64,000 nucleotides of DNA from Acanthaster planci (lineage: Eukaryota), in contig NW_019091361.1 of the NCBI RefSeq assembly GCF_001949145.1, positions 2,713,825-2,777,824 of the forward strand, in the 5' to 3' direction. The position numbers were made by a program, and so were the translations under genes. The notes under the pieces were generated by a model. It saw nothing but the letters and a program-made list of their open reading frames with translations. It made no database searches and was not told the DNA's origin. Below, piece after piece: positions 24,101 through 38,150 of this stretch (positions are counted from its first letter, which is position 1; every line of letters begins with the position of its first letter).

Positions 24101-25384
24101 AGAGGCAAACTTGCTTTCACCTAAATTTGATCGTTTTATTGGATTTACAGTACTTGTCTGCAGCCACCACCGACCCCTAATTCAGTGACTCATGCAAAGT
24201 TCACCTGTGGTTTGGAACCAGTTGTAACTCAGCCTGTTATTTTCGCAGGGCTAGTTGCTCGGGTAGACCTGCTCTCCTATAGGCTGCGTGAGTGAATAAT
24301 GTTGCCATTTGCAGGAAGGGGAGCTTGTGCATGGATCAGATGAGTGCATGCATCGGGAACACAGTGCAGGAGTGGGTCGGGCTCATGTGTGAATTTCCTT
24401 TCTACTCGAATAATCCATCGTAACGGATGATTAATCTGCAATAACAGATGAGATAATCTTGAAAAATAAAAATTGAACTTCCATCAAGGGAATTATTAAC
24501 ATGAAGCATTCAGTGCACCAGCAGGGTTCATATTTTGTACCATTTGCTGGTTGATATGGGTATGGATGTTAGTATGGCTTGCCCAAAGACCTGTGCTGAC
24601 ATGGAGTGGCAGGACTGAGGGGTGCTGTGTGATTTTGAATGATCTATAAGAGCTTATATTCAAAGTAAAAGTGCTAGTCAGATATTCAGATATCTGTTGT
24701 GTTTTTCTGAAGTATGACCGATGCATCTACATGTGCACGCCCCCAAAAATTACAACAGGTGTTGATCTATCTCATTTTAGATAAACATTTCCATATTAAA
24801 CCTCTACAATAGACGCCATTCCATACAGGTTGCATGCTCCAGCACGACAGACAAAGCATACACATAAGCACATCTTCTTTGTCCCAAGGAGTTGTGTTGA
24901 GGTGATGAAGCATGGATTTATTTCTAGGATTTCTACCACCTGCAATGAGCTCCCTGGGGAATGTGATGTGTTTGGTGCTTTGTCTCTTCACTCTTTGTGT
25001 AGCCAGGTGTCCCACTCGCTCAACCATTAGTGGTTAATGTACATGAACGTCATTCTTTTTAATGCAATCTTACTCCTTTTCTCAATCCACATCTTAGTAC
25101 TGCCATCTTTCCTTTTCTTTTCTTATTTTGGTTGCTTTGTCTAGTGCTTTTTCAGGTTTTTGTTTGTTTGTCTGTCTGTCTTTGCTTGTTATGTGGGTTG
25201 CTTTTGTCTGTTACTCTTAAGCTTTGTGTGTAAATATTGATCATATTTATATTTTTAGCTTTCTTGTCATAATATTTTGATTTGATTAATGATCATTGTA
25301 AATTGTATAATGTGTTTGTTTTACATTTTTTTAAAAATAGTTTTAATCCAATCCTGTAATTGGCAGTTTTCCTGCTGTTGGATT

Positions 25385-25424
25385 AAATAAATAAATGAAT
25401 AAATAAACAAATAAATAAATAAAT
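25385..25424 (+). repeat. (TAAA)n microsatellite, probably the 3' tail of a LINE remnant
   Basis: taaataaataaatgaataaataaacaaataaataaataaat follows a T-rich tract at ~25130-25380. Confidence 0.6.
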
Positions 25425-28400
25425 CAGATTGGCAGAAATTGAGATAAGATTTATAGATAAGATAAAATTTCTGCCCTTTCTCTTGAGGTCCTTTTAGGCT
25501 GAGCCCATCTGCAGTAAGTAAAAAAACAAAGGTTTGCTTTGTTTTAACTTTTTTATCCTAAGAGAAATACAGACAGATGTAGACTTGTTGAACCACACCA
25601 AATTGTGACTGTGCGACTCCCATGCCGATCAATAGCTTCCACATATCACTCTTCTCATCGTTTTTTTTACATGCACAAACCTCATTTGGATTCTTTTATG
25701 ACCGTCCCATTCAAGTTTGTATAGTTGTGTTCATTGTTGGCAATACATTGGCTGTATCAAACACCCCCACATAGCGGTGGCTCCCTGTATCTGTTTACTG
25801 TCTGGTATGCAAATTATTTGTACATGTAGTGCATCGATTGAATGCAGCGGCCTTGTAGCATCTGCTCATTTGCATGCTAAATACCCAATTGATCATATCT
25901 GCTCTCGTCCGTCACGCTTCTATGAATTTGCAGCAGTGCGCGGACCTTCTGTAAGTGGGTGAATTGTTTTTATCTACAGCCGGATGGAGCATAGCGTCAC
26001 GCTGAACACCAGCAAAAACCATGTGTGGTCCACTGGTCTTTGCTTTAGAATCCCAAACACTTGTGTTAAATTTGGAACTGTGGAGCTTTGGATGTTGTTT
26101 GTAATTCTTTTTTTCTTTTTTTTTGCCCTCTGCAGATGTATGCACTTGCATGCATAAATATAGTCATCACCAACTGTTTGACCTCGCACTGCGAGTCAGT
26201 CACAACTCATATGCAGCTAATTACACTAAATGAGCTTTTGATATTTGGGAATTCACACTGCTATTTAATCTTTCATATGATGTAGAGATGAATAAATGTT
26301 TATGATGTGGTTTATAATTTGTGTCCACGTGTGTCATCAGTGACAACGAGTGGGCTTGCAGATAAGAAATTTGATTTGATTTTTCAGTCTGGACATATGA
26401 AATCACCCACTTCGGTGTGTGGAAAAATTTTGTAAAACTGAAAAAAAAACGGTTAAAATAAAAAAACCTGATAAAACTTTGGAGAGGACGCATTGTTCAA
26501 GAACTTGAAAAGCTTCCAAACACTGAGTTTAAAACTCTGTAAAAATCACATCCGAATGTCTTTGTCTCTGTTGGGGTGAACCTGAATTGAGGATACATAT
26601 GCTGTAGTTATGATGTGTAAGAACAGGCCGTAGTTTGGAGTTTCGTTCTTCAGTATAACCTCCCAGTGGTCCCAACTTTGACTGAAGTTTACGTGTGCCT
26701 GGGTGTATAGTGTTCTGGCTTTGCTGTGCAAGTCATGTTGAATTCTTGTGAGTGTGAAAGTAATTTCTAAAATCTAGGGATCCAACCTTGGCCCAACATA
26801 TCAGGATAGTGCAAACGGGCGTCCATATGTTGGGTGAATTGAAGGGAAAGCATGACAAAAAGTATGCACAATCCATGTGATGAATGTCAGAATATATTTT
26901 CCAAATGTGTGGAGGGTTTCAGAGTGTGATCGGGCAAGGTCTCACCCTTTGGAAATTAAACTCGCGTCTCAACCGATGCACTGCAGAGTGCTACCATTAG
27001 GATCATTTTGGAATCGTTCCAAATGGCTTCGCTCACACTTGAGAAGCCGCTGTCTCTTATGATCAGTAGCATTTAATAATGCATAAGTATTTGATTGGGC
27101 CACTAATTAGAGAAGCTGCGACCAGTACACCACGAGTGCCTTGATTTTGTCAGATTAATCCTTGAGGATAATGTGCATCATTTTAGTTGCATCAGTGGTA
27201 AAATCTGGCATGCCAAAGACACTGAGTGGCAAAATGCTTTGTTATATTTCCTTTGTGCTTGCCATGTCTTATTTGCTTTTGTTAGTCCAAGTAGTGCAAT
27301 TGGTGGCTGAGGATTAAGTTTTAGAGGCGACCAAAATAAGGGGAAAACTCCACCCGCAAAGCAACCTGTGCAGGCTAATAGGGTGTGTATTTATGCGTGG
27401 TGCAGGAACTGGTTAGCCCATAAAATAAACGTAATTACACAGTTACTTTGGTACCCGTCACAGTAGCCACATCCCAAAATTCATAGAAAAAAAAAAGGAA
27501 AACAATTTTTAAAGGGCAATACGAAGAATGCATTCGATTGCATTTTTCCAAAAACTTAGCCTTTAAAAATTTTTTGACACCATGACGTTTGACACCATCC
27601 ACATTTCTTAACTGTCATTGCTGTCTGAGAATGCTGTTGTTTGTGAACTGAGTTTGATTTCATAATTTCTCAACACAAAAGCTTCTAAAACTTTCTATTT
27701 TACTGCCTGAAAACATTTTATGAGTAGTTTTTAAAAGTTGGTGTCAAGTACCCAGTTCCGTAACCACTTGCTGCCAGGTGGTTTGAAAAATGCAGTACAC
27801 ATAATCGGGAATTTTTTTTTAAGATTTTCAGTTTTCAAAATTCTTCAAAAATTCATCATTTAAATTGATGGACGTTTACATCCACACAAATTGATGTCTG
27901 TTGCCCACTCTAGTCTGACAGACAAATATACCCAGCAAGAACTGAGACCGAGGGGTACCCCCCTACATGTCCAATCCGTATACACATTCCAGACTATTGT
28001 TACTTAACACATCCCCCCAAGATGTCTGGAAGGAATTCCCCAGATTCCTGCGAGACAATGACCGACACAAAGCAGGGGGGTTCTCTCCGTCTCATACCTT
28101 GCTGCGTATGTAGACAAATTCTATTGATGCCCGCGTATTTCAGCCAGGCTTGCAGCCTTGTAAAAAGAGCCCAGATTGTGCAGTGTTATGTAACTTTCTT
28201 TTGTTCACAAACCTGGCACAGTGCGCCGCTGACCTCTTTTCAGTTGGGGCCAGATTAGCATGCAGCGGTGCTGTGTGGCTCATCGCTGCGGTGGTGGAGA
28301 GCTTTTGTCCCCGGTGGTAATCCGCTCGCACTAAATACCCCAAACCGTGGCATACTGTTTCAAAACAAGGCTGGATTATCTCCACTATTGAGAGTGAAAA

Positions 28401-31400
28401 AATGTCAGTAGTTCCCAGCAGCCTGGTCTTTTGTTCTGAGTATGGTCTTTTGTTACAGGCCCTGTTCCCTTTGTCCGATTTCGGAGACCCCAGCCACATG
28501 TATAAACAAACGTTGCCCGAAACCGGAGTCCCCAGCGGCAAGTTATTAATTTGGAAATGATTCCAGACATGGGTTGTTGGGTTCTAGGGTACCAGTTTAC
28601 TTGTTCATGTGTATGAACAACACTGAGGTAGGACTTAATTTACCTAGTTCTATTTTTTCCGGCAGGAATCCAAACCGAGACAACCAGAGACGGAAGATGT
28701 GTGGAAAAACACCTCTGGTTCAGGCTGACTGTTGAAAATGATGCTTGATTTCTTGTTACATTGGATTTTTTTCCTCGCAACAGGAAGAAGCTCTCATATC
28801 CAATCTGATGGAGCCTTTCCAAGTAAGCCAACCTGCTACATTCATACCTTAACAGAATGGTGCAATCACTTTCCATCATCTGTCCAGGTTTGGTGCTGGA
28901 ATCTTTCTGTCCTGGATACTAATTTGATTTTTGGTAGAGATTAGGATTTTGAAAACTCAAATCCATTTAAACCCCCTCTGCTATTCTGGATGGAACTCTA
29001 AGTTGTTTTTTCAGTATGCATGCTCAAATATTCTCTGGTTATAATAACATTCAGGTACGTTGTATCCCATCAGCCACAGAAAAAGTCTGCATTGACGTGT
29101 GTGTCCTCTTTGTGGACGGACGTAGCGGCCAAATCTTGTTTCCTGAGGGAGCAGAGCCTAAGAAAAAAATTCTCCCTCAGAAGGACATCTCCATTTCTGT
29201 CTCCCTGCTTTTAATCAGGCAGACACGCCCCCCTCCTCCAGTCTGAGTTACCAAATAATTGATGGATTTCTTGCTTCCTGTTGTTTCCAGAGGAAGTAGT
29301 AGCGCCGAATGCTGGACAGAAAGGTCACATGGTGGTGTCTTTGTTTGGGGTTTTTTGGTAGCACTTGCTTTGATGACCGCGGATGTCGCTGTACAGGATA
29401 TCACCTTACTGAGATGCCTGAATATTGTTCTCTGGTCAAGACACAGATGGCAAGGCTTAGGCCCATTTATCTTTTCTCCTGACTCCATAGCATTTGAACA
29501 AAGTACAGATAATGCGGGCCATAGATATTTGTGTCCATTTTCTCCCTAAACACCAACCATATGGAAGGCTCTTAATTCTTTCCCGATGACTTAGTGGTAC
29601 TTCCTCGGTAATTTTCCTGAAAGAGTGCATCTTCTGAGATAATTTGATCTGACGTGAAAGATCTAATGGTCTGTCCTGTGTGTATTTGTAGTCCTGTGGA
29701 AGCTCTTCAAAATGACCTCAACTGTTGCACCCTTCCAACTTGAAGTACTTGTTTTGCTTCACATTGATCATGTGGCATTCGAAGATTAAAACAACCAATT
29801 TTAAAATAAAAAAGAAACCTTTCCAAAGAATGTGCAAAACAAAAATAATTGGTGAAAGACACACACACACATAAAAAGATTGCTACACTTGGAATAAACT
29901 GAATAAAATCACACAGTACTCCCAGAAAGCAGAATGAGAACAAAAATCAGCTCCAAAAATCATGCGCTGATGGACGTACAGTTGAGCTGGCCACAAACTT
30001 CAGTGTGTTCTCATTGCTCGGCGGCTGGTGGGTACATGCACAGGTTTCAAACTTGAGCAACAGTTTGGCTTCAAGGTATGGCCTGTCATTGCTGTTTTTA
30101 ACTTCAGGAAGTTTTGGGCGGTGGAATGAATTTGGTCCTGACTGATCATGAGTCCGCTGCACTGTCAGCTAAGTCACACGTTGGCGTAGGTGGAGATTTA
30201 ACTGTCAAATCACTTCATCGAGAGGATTATGCCACACTCCCTGTAGTGACTCCAGAAAGTGTTTTGAATATTGGTGATTAGTTCAGTGTGAGTGATGGAG
30301 GGGATCGCTCATCAGAGGTAGATTAGCCTCAAAATCTGGCTTCTTTCACCCTGTGACAGGGCGCATGTCATCAGCGCATGGCCCGAAGCACGCAATGCAA
30401 CACTCTAGGAAACTATTCAAGTTCTAGTTATTTATCTTTGGCCTATTAGATTTCCTGTCCGTAATGAATGCGCTGATAACTTAAGCTTGTAGTTGTACAC
30501 TCATGTTGGGCCAGGTTATCCTCAAATTGTGTTTCCTTCCGTGAAAGCAGTGAAATGAGGGCAAATGTTGGAGGTGTTAGAAAGTATAGCGGGGACCATT
30601 CCACAGACTTCGGTTTCCCCCTCTTTTGGGCGAGGGCTCCAACAATGTCCTTCACTTTTGGAATTACTGCTCACTGTGGGTCAGTTTTATCGTCTTAGCA
30701 CGGGGCCATCGAGATGCTCATTGATGTACAACAACCAAAAGTAAGGGTCTTATCTTTTTGATTCAGGCATTAATGACACACCTGCAGATGATTCAGGAGC
30801 TAGAAAGAACTCAAGGTGAAGGCTAAGTAGAGTCTTAAAATGGGGCCAGCAGACCCATTCTTCCCTCCATGACCATATTTATCCTATAATCAAGGCATGA
30901 AGGTCAGGTACTATAATGGACCCAAACTCTGGAATTCCTGGACCTGTTGACTCTTCTGTCTTGTGCATCATATGACAGCTATGTATATTGCTCTTGACTG
31001 TGAGCCCCTATGACCGTGTACACGGCTCAGTTGGATCAATTTGGTTGATGCAGTTGTCTGCAGGTCTTCCAAGATTTGAACTGAGAGAAGGCAGGGAACG
31101 AGAGTGGTGTCAGATTTTGATAGGGAGTTATAGAGGCATAAAGCAATGTCGAGGTGTAGCACAGCAGTAATTGGCAAGACGGAGATCTCTTTAGACAAAA
31201 TACAGGTACGCGTTGGTGTAATGGATCAGGCAGCCCTTCAACAGCGTTCAAAACAAGTGAAACATACAGAGACGTCAACCTGATGTTATCCAACATCTCA
31301 TAGCCTTTCGCCGGAGCCGGGGGCAAAGACCCCCACTGGGAACCAAACCAATGTCTGGCGTTGATTTGTGGGTGACAAAATAGCAAGTAAATCATGTACG

Positions 31401-33207
31401 GACTGACTTATGTTGACTGGCTAAATTAATCGGGTGCTTCATCACCACAGTTATCAGAAATGGAAGTTTTGCTCCTTGCTTAGTTGTATACTACTGGCCA
31501 CTTGTTTTGCCTGACTGGGCTTAAAGTTTGGAAATCTTGCGAATGTTATCAGCATTAGCCCCAAGATGTTCTTCATTATCCTCCATCATTTGCTTTTCCT
31601 GCAAAAAATACAGTCTCGTGCGTTGCTGCAGCAGGCGGCAAATCAATGTTGATTGATTCCGTGTAATTGCAATCAAACCCATAACTCATCAGGGATTGCG
31701 CGTAGCATGCTTGGGAAAAACACAAGGAAATTTTCAGATTTTGGTGTTTCATCTGTGCCATCTGTTAAATTTCCTCCGGCTAGGGCGAGTTGCGAATCTC
31801 ATCCTCATGAGCCACTTCAGCTGCCTTGCTGTAGACAGGTCAGTCTTAGCGCATTGCCAGCATGCCCCCAAACTTGTATGGAATGCAGGAACAAATTCTT
31901 CAGTTTCCTTTGTGTCACCTTGAAAAGGACTCCTCAGCTTTCTCGGGATAAAACAACAGCTTGGTGCATATGTTGAAGTGTGCCACTGAAGATTACTTTT
32001 GCTCGGATGTATAATGCCTTTGTGTCCAACAGGACATTGCTTTGAAGAGCTAGTCCGGGATAACTTTCGAGAGACGACGGGCCAAAGATGCAGTTGGGTT
32101 GGAGATAAACAAACTTCATTCCATAAGCTAACTATCAATCCATAACTCCCTTGGCATTCTTCTTAAAATGTTCCTGAATCCTCCAAAATCTTCCTCTGTG
32201 CAGGAAACCAATGGCACATTTTTGGTTAATGAAGCTCCACACGCCGCCAAGCTCCATATTCAGTAAAGTAACTTTGGTTGGCCTGTATACCTTTCTGGAT
32301 CCTGCAAGCTATTAGGCTAAACCTCTGTTTGGATTATGGAGGATCTTGGGATATTAATGGTGTAGGTCATTTGGTCAGTCAGCACATTTGTCGTAATTGT
32401 TTAGTACGGCATAAAAAAGATCACATGTACCCATTAGGTATGCATTAGCATAGCTGATTTCCCTCAACATATGTAATGCGTTGCATGGCCGTGGTTCATG
32501 GCCATCAAAATGCTCCCAGAAATTGTCATGTGTTGCAAAGGGATCTTGTTTGCCGTAGTTGCATTGTGTACCGTTGCAAATTCACAGCATAGCCTCAGGG
32601 TGAGTGCATGAACCAAATCGCAATATTTAACAATTGACAGTGGAGTAGCAATCAACTTTTTCAGTTAAAAATCACTCAAGCATCCCCTCCCCCTACCCCT
32701 AGACAGTCCAAGGCTTGTTGAACTGTAAAGTGCAAAATGTCCATGTCCGTGTGCATCCCAGACATGCTTTTCAAAATTCTGTGGATATTTGAAACAAATT
32801 CACTTCACCATCTGGGCCCAATTTCACGGCATTGCTTACCACAGGCGAAAAATCAGAGCGAACCGTAGCAGAAAATTCTCTGCTTACAGCGAACGCATTT
32901 CACGGGTTGGCAAGGAAGTTTGGCTTGTGCGCGTATGCGAACTAAGGATTCTGTGCTTAAAAGGTTAGTGCAGAATTTTTCTGCTAGCGTGATTAGTGCA
33001 GAATGGAGATTTTAACTCACAGAATTGAACAGCTCGTGGATTTGACTTGCAACTGGATTGTGACTGGGTGATGTGATGGAATTGACTGTAGCAGAAGCAC
33101 TGCATTATATGAGCCCCGAGCTGGACTGAGAGAGAGTGCAACTGTCCTAGCAATGCAGGCTCCTTTGGTGGAAACGGCACTTCTCTGGATCATAAACGAC
33201 TATGAAG

Positions 33208-33504
33208 CAGTGTTGGAGTCGGGTCCATCAAAAGTCCTTTCACAAGTCCCTTCACAAGTCCAGTCACAAGTCCCTTCACAAGGCCAGTCACAAGTCCCTT
33301 CACAAGGCCAGTCACAAGTCCCTTCACAAGGNCAGTCATAAGTCCCTTCACAAGGCCAGTCATAAGCTAGAGGGTGAACAGTGACAAAGGAGTGCTTTTG
33401 TCACAGCTCATCTGAATAGCTTGTGAATTGGCTTCAGACAGAATGACTTGTGATGGACTTACAAGGACTTGCTGGGACCTGTGATGGACTCGAATACAAC
33501 ACTG
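33208..33504. mobile_element. hAT-like MITE with an internal 12/24-bp tandem array
   Basis: Termini cagtgttg...caacactg. 8-bp flanking repeat ctatgaag / ctatgaaa (7/8). Internal array caagtcccttca-caaggccagtca at 33231-33365, with inverted units at 33443-33490. Confidence 0.75.
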
Positions 33505-36235
33505 CTATGAAAAACCATACATGCGCTACTTTCGCATTGCTACCAACAAAAACAATTCTCCCCACCATCATGGCTCTTTTCAACTGATGAGGGGGTTCAA
33601 GGCGAATAGGCACAGACAAGTTGCTGTGTATCGGGTGTCTGTCCAATCTTGAGTCGTTGCTGGGCAAAATAAAGCATTTCCTCGTGGTCACGCACAGGGT
33701 CCATACCTTCAGGGACCCGTGTTCGATTCCTGCTGGGGCAGCGTTGAGGTTTCTTTCCCTGTCTCTACTCAAGACAAATTCTTTTTGTCCTTTCACTCCC
33801 ATAAATAAAAAATTTTCCCTCTCACCTCCAATTCAACACTTGGCCCGAGAGTACAGCACCAAAGGGTTTGATGAGGCTTTGCTCAGGATAATTAAGAAGA
33901 AACAAAAACACAACGAGACTGTAAAAACTTCACTTTGATATTATACTTGGGAGGTAGGAAAGGCCAGAGCAGATAAATTAGGGGGAAAAAATTCTGGAAA
34001 ATACATCTCAGTAACAGTAGCCACCACTGTATATGCAAGATACTGTTACCAAAGCGGTCTGTATTCATGTAAACTATTGACTGCATTGTGGATTCAAGGA
34101 CATCTGGGGTCAGACTTTTGGCGCAGCTTCAAACGACATCTATTGGATTAGCTAGGATTGCAAGTGTTTATTTTTTTTCCATTAGATTTCCAGACCACAC
34201 TCTGAATAGTTATTTCTGTCTCATCTATGGATGTATGCCTGTCTAATCAATCAAGTCCATAGACTGTTGAATGCGCGTATGCAAAGGTTCAGTGTTGGGA
34301 CAGGAAGGGAAGAGTTGCTTTATCCTTTGCTACTTGGCAACAAGATGAATACATTCAGTGTTATCATCTCACATCTGAGAGGCAACATTGCTGGTTTTCA
34401 TGAGGTGCAACTCTCAACTTGATTTCAAAAGGAAAGGGACCAAATCAGTTTTGGGGGGGGCAGGGATAACTTTTCACGATACAATTTCAGAATTTTTTTG
34501 GGGGGCGGGGGATATATTTTGAGACCACATGTTTATAAAGCACAGTGTTTCCAACCAATGAGAAGTCAGAGTCTGTGTGCTGAGCATTGTGTCACATTGA
34601 GACTTACTTGGTATCTGGTTGTTTACCTCCAGAAAACCTTCACCAGGTATAACTTTGTGGAGTTTCATGATGAGATTGGTCATGATTCAGGTTTGATCCA
34701 AGATAAGATTATTGTGATGCTGAAAACGTGATAAAAAGGAGAATGTATTGTCAAAGATTCCAGTCAGTGACGCATAGTTCAGGGAGTTTGTATGGGTTTC
34801 TGTTTTGGTGAAATATTGCTGGAATCTGGCTGTGTCTGTCGTCCATGACATGTTTTAGGAGTTACATATTCAGTGTGGTTGACGCTAATATCACTCTTAA
34901 GTAATTTATAAGAACACACCAAACGATAATGATATTATCCTCCAGGTGCTTATGGATCCCAGTTTAGGCTTAATTTCCTAGCTGAAACTCTAGATATTGT
35001 GGAAATTTGTGACAAAAAAGCTACTTGGTACTCCATTTTGTCTAGTCATAAATAGTTGAATTGTGCAGAATGCATAAATGCACTTGTTTACTGAGTTCCC
35101 CGGTGTTGTTTGCTATGCAATCTCTGAGTTGAATGTAATGTGGACAACTATATGTACGGCCTGGTAAGATGCTCAATAGTGCATGACGATTCTGCACATA
35201 TGAACTCTCCAAGGCCAGTCAAAGCCATGGCTCTGTGTATAATTTGACCATTTCAAATGTCAGCTTATATCTCCACTTTCATTAAGCATCCTCGTGGCGT
35301 TGCTTTACCGGACACGTACAGAGTCTTCTCCTGCTAAATCACAGATGATATTGTATGTTCTGGTATTTGCCAAAATAGGCATGTGTGTGTGGGGGGGGGG
35401 TCTTGTCTTCGCTAAATGTAACAGAAATCTCACGAAACAAGAATTCTCTCCAAGGTTCTGTAAGTTTTCAATTCCTTACAAACCTTCCACAATAACTCAT
35501 TTCTCACAAGGGCGTGGCTGATTCTCAGGATTTTCTCTCCAGAGCAGTAGGCTGTATTGCTGAGATTCAAACTACCTCTCCCCACTGATGCAGTGAAGCA
35601 CAATTCATCCAATATTATTCTGAAATCAGCCACCAGGCTGTTTGCAAGCATTTTGATGGATTTCCAATTTGTGCAGCAAGGCAAGCCACTGTTACTTTGC
35701 TTGCTTGATATGTTGTTGCGTTACACTGCTTCCCTTCACATTCATCAAGGATAAAGTCGGGAAATCTTGCTTATGAACATAGAGTTGCAACAACTTCAGA
35801 TTAGAAACCTGAAAACATCCATTGTCCAACTTGCATCTTTTTTTGGGGGGGGGTTTATTCATGACCTATGTTGAAGCCCTGTAATTTACGGCCATATTCC
35901 TATTGACTAGTCATCTGCACCACTGCAATTGACACTCTGGAAACAAATGCTACCATAAACCATCGTGACCTCTATCTTGTCACAACTTTGGTCAGGTTCT
36001 GGTTATGGACCAAATCTCCCACAGTTCATCGCATGTTTTGTAGAAGTTGGAGAGATTTTTATAACACATAGTGTCACTGTAGCAGGGCATGGGGGCCATG
36101 CAGGTCTTGATTGTAATATTTGAAAGAATGTAGGCCAATTACTTAAATGTAACAAAGGAAGGTATGTAATACGGAACTGCTGCAAACTGCTTGCTGACTA
36201 CAGTGTCCTAAAATACAACTCTCAAAATATGGAGG

Positions 36236-36274
36236 GCCTGACGTTTCGATCCTAGCAGAATCTTTCTCAAAGGC
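36236..36274 (-). ncRNA. Minimal type-I hammerhead ribozyme motif (Penelope-like element type, U3-A8 variant)
   Basis: Minus strand GCCT-TTGAGAA-A-GATTCT-gct-AGGATC-GAAA-CG-TC-AGGC: stem I GCCT/AGGC, 6-bp stem II, GAAA, palindromic ACGT stem III, GUC cleavage triplet. Confidence 0.65.
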
Positions 36275-37376
36275 AGGAAGGTTTGAAGGATTACTGTTTC
36301 TACAGCGTTTGGAAGAATTCAGTTTCTTCAAAACAGGCTACAGTTGTATTTACCCAATCTGTAGATGCATCTTTGACCTGAGACCCGGTGCACGTTTTAT
36401 ATGTGCGCATTTGTAATTAACTGATATTTTCATGTTAAACCATGAAAGATATCCTGGGAAAAACGACACTATATCAATATGCAGACTTCACAAGGCTTAT
36501 TGGTGCTTGAAGGTATGAATGTTGATAGCTGTGGTGTGACACTTTTTTGTTGTCTAATACCTGTGTGACGTATGACTCCTGGGGCAGAGCAGGGGATGCA
36601 ATCCGTCCTCAAGGGAATGAACAATGAATATCCCACCTCACTGCAGTCACTAGTTAATCTATTGTCAGGAAAGTCTGAAAAGGCAAAGGTTTGTTAGCTA
36701 CTCTACAAGGGTTGTGGTGTACTCATTTCATTGTAACCATCGACGACAGCGACTGTGTGAGACGTGCTAATCACCACTTTGGCTGATGTCTGGTGCTCTG
36801 TCAAAGGAACTAAGCTTAGGTGCATGCTCAGTTGTTAAAAAAACTATACCTTAGAGGACCGGGCAATGATGTCATTCGACTGATACTGTGATACAGCCGT
36901 ATTCATACAAAGGGACCATCTATGAAAAAGGAGGATCAATTTCACCAAAAGGCCTCCCTCATACTTCTTTCTGTGTTTCTGTCATTCTAAATGCCTGTGC
37001 ATGTACGGGCATGCAGGTGACACACAATTTATACAGGATCATTTGCATGTGAGGAGATGTGCAGTAATTGTTATAAATCCAGGTTTGCTGCCATTGTGTA
37101 AGAGTTGAGCACGGTAATAGACCCAGCTGTAGACAAGAAATCCGCTTTAGACGTGGACTCACGCCCTGCTCTTGTAAAACGTGTGACATTACCACTTCTG
37201 TGATGGAAACCCATCAAATTGTGTGTGTTTCTTTTAGCAGAAACAAACTTACAGACTGGAATGAAACCATTTCATGGTCAGGACAGGACTTACGTTGAGG
37301 GTTTTAAGTATATGTACTGCTTTAGTTTTTATACATCTATCTTGGGTGTGAGAGAATGAGGATAACCACAAAGGCT

Positions 37377-37620
37377 TGAGTCACAGTATGTGAGAGAGTC
37401 GTAGTATGTGAGAGTTGTATGTGAGAGAGTCATAGTATGTGAGAGTTGTATGTGAGAGTCATAGTATGTGAGAGTTGTATGTGAGAGAGTCGTAGCATGT
37501 GAGAGTTGTATGTGAGAGTCGTAGTATGTGAGAGTTGTATGTGAGAGAGTCGTAGCATGTTGGAGAGTCGCAGTGTGTGAGAGTTGTACATGCATGTGAC
37601 AGTCGCAGTATATATGAGAG
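37377..37620. repeat. Minisatellite of alternating tatgtgagag(ag)tcgtag / tatgtgagagttg units
   Basis: Directly visible tandem units; they explain the repetitive ORFs 37329-37634 and 37430-37699. Confidence 0.9.
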
Positions 37621-37879
37621 AATAAACCAAACATGGGCCTGCTTCAGACAATTGATTTAAACAGCGAGCTAAACTTGCCTCTGCACTTTGTAGCGGCAAG
37701 TCCTGGGTTCACACTCAACCTGAGACTTTTTCCCCCTTTTGGCACCTGATAAAAATTTGGCATACAGCGTGTATTAAGTGGTTCTGCTTCAGTAAGGGCA
37801 TGTCCTTGTTTGTAACACATCTAGAGAACCTCCAAACAACCTCAATCTGTGATGCTATTTCGCAAGTGTAGTTGAGAGT

Positions 37880-37956
37880 GACGCAAGACCATACGCAAGA
37901 CCAGACACGAAAGCAGTCACAAGACCCGACACGAAAGCAGTCACAAGACCAAGCAC
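37880..37956. repeat. Short tandem repeat (caagacc..acacgaaagcagtca)
   Basis: Two near-identical ~23-bp units plus partial caagacc units. Confidence 0.7.
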
Positions 37957-38150
37957 GAGTAATAGGGTGAACAGTGACAGACGAGTGCTTATATTGTACT
38001 GATAGTTGATTTTTAAGAGCTTGTAACTTGATTTCAGACTGGAAGTCTTGCTTTGGCAATGTGATGGTCTTGTGGGATTTTGTTTGGACGTAAAGGTCTC
38101 GACTATACAACACTGTTCTATATGTAATGAGCCTTTTTTTTGCCTCCTAG

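Noticed and set aside
26520..26780. Possible nested minus-strand coding exon in the MCEE intron
   Set aside because: Two short open frames, but no recognisable motif and no partner exons.
33231..33365. Tandem arrays (also 5508-5600, 37377-37620) as CRISPR
   Set aside because: Eukaryotic context, no unique spacers, no cas genes.
33153..33384. ORFs with SQVP/SQGQ or SLHK repeats
   Set aside because: Translations of the tandem array inside a MITE.
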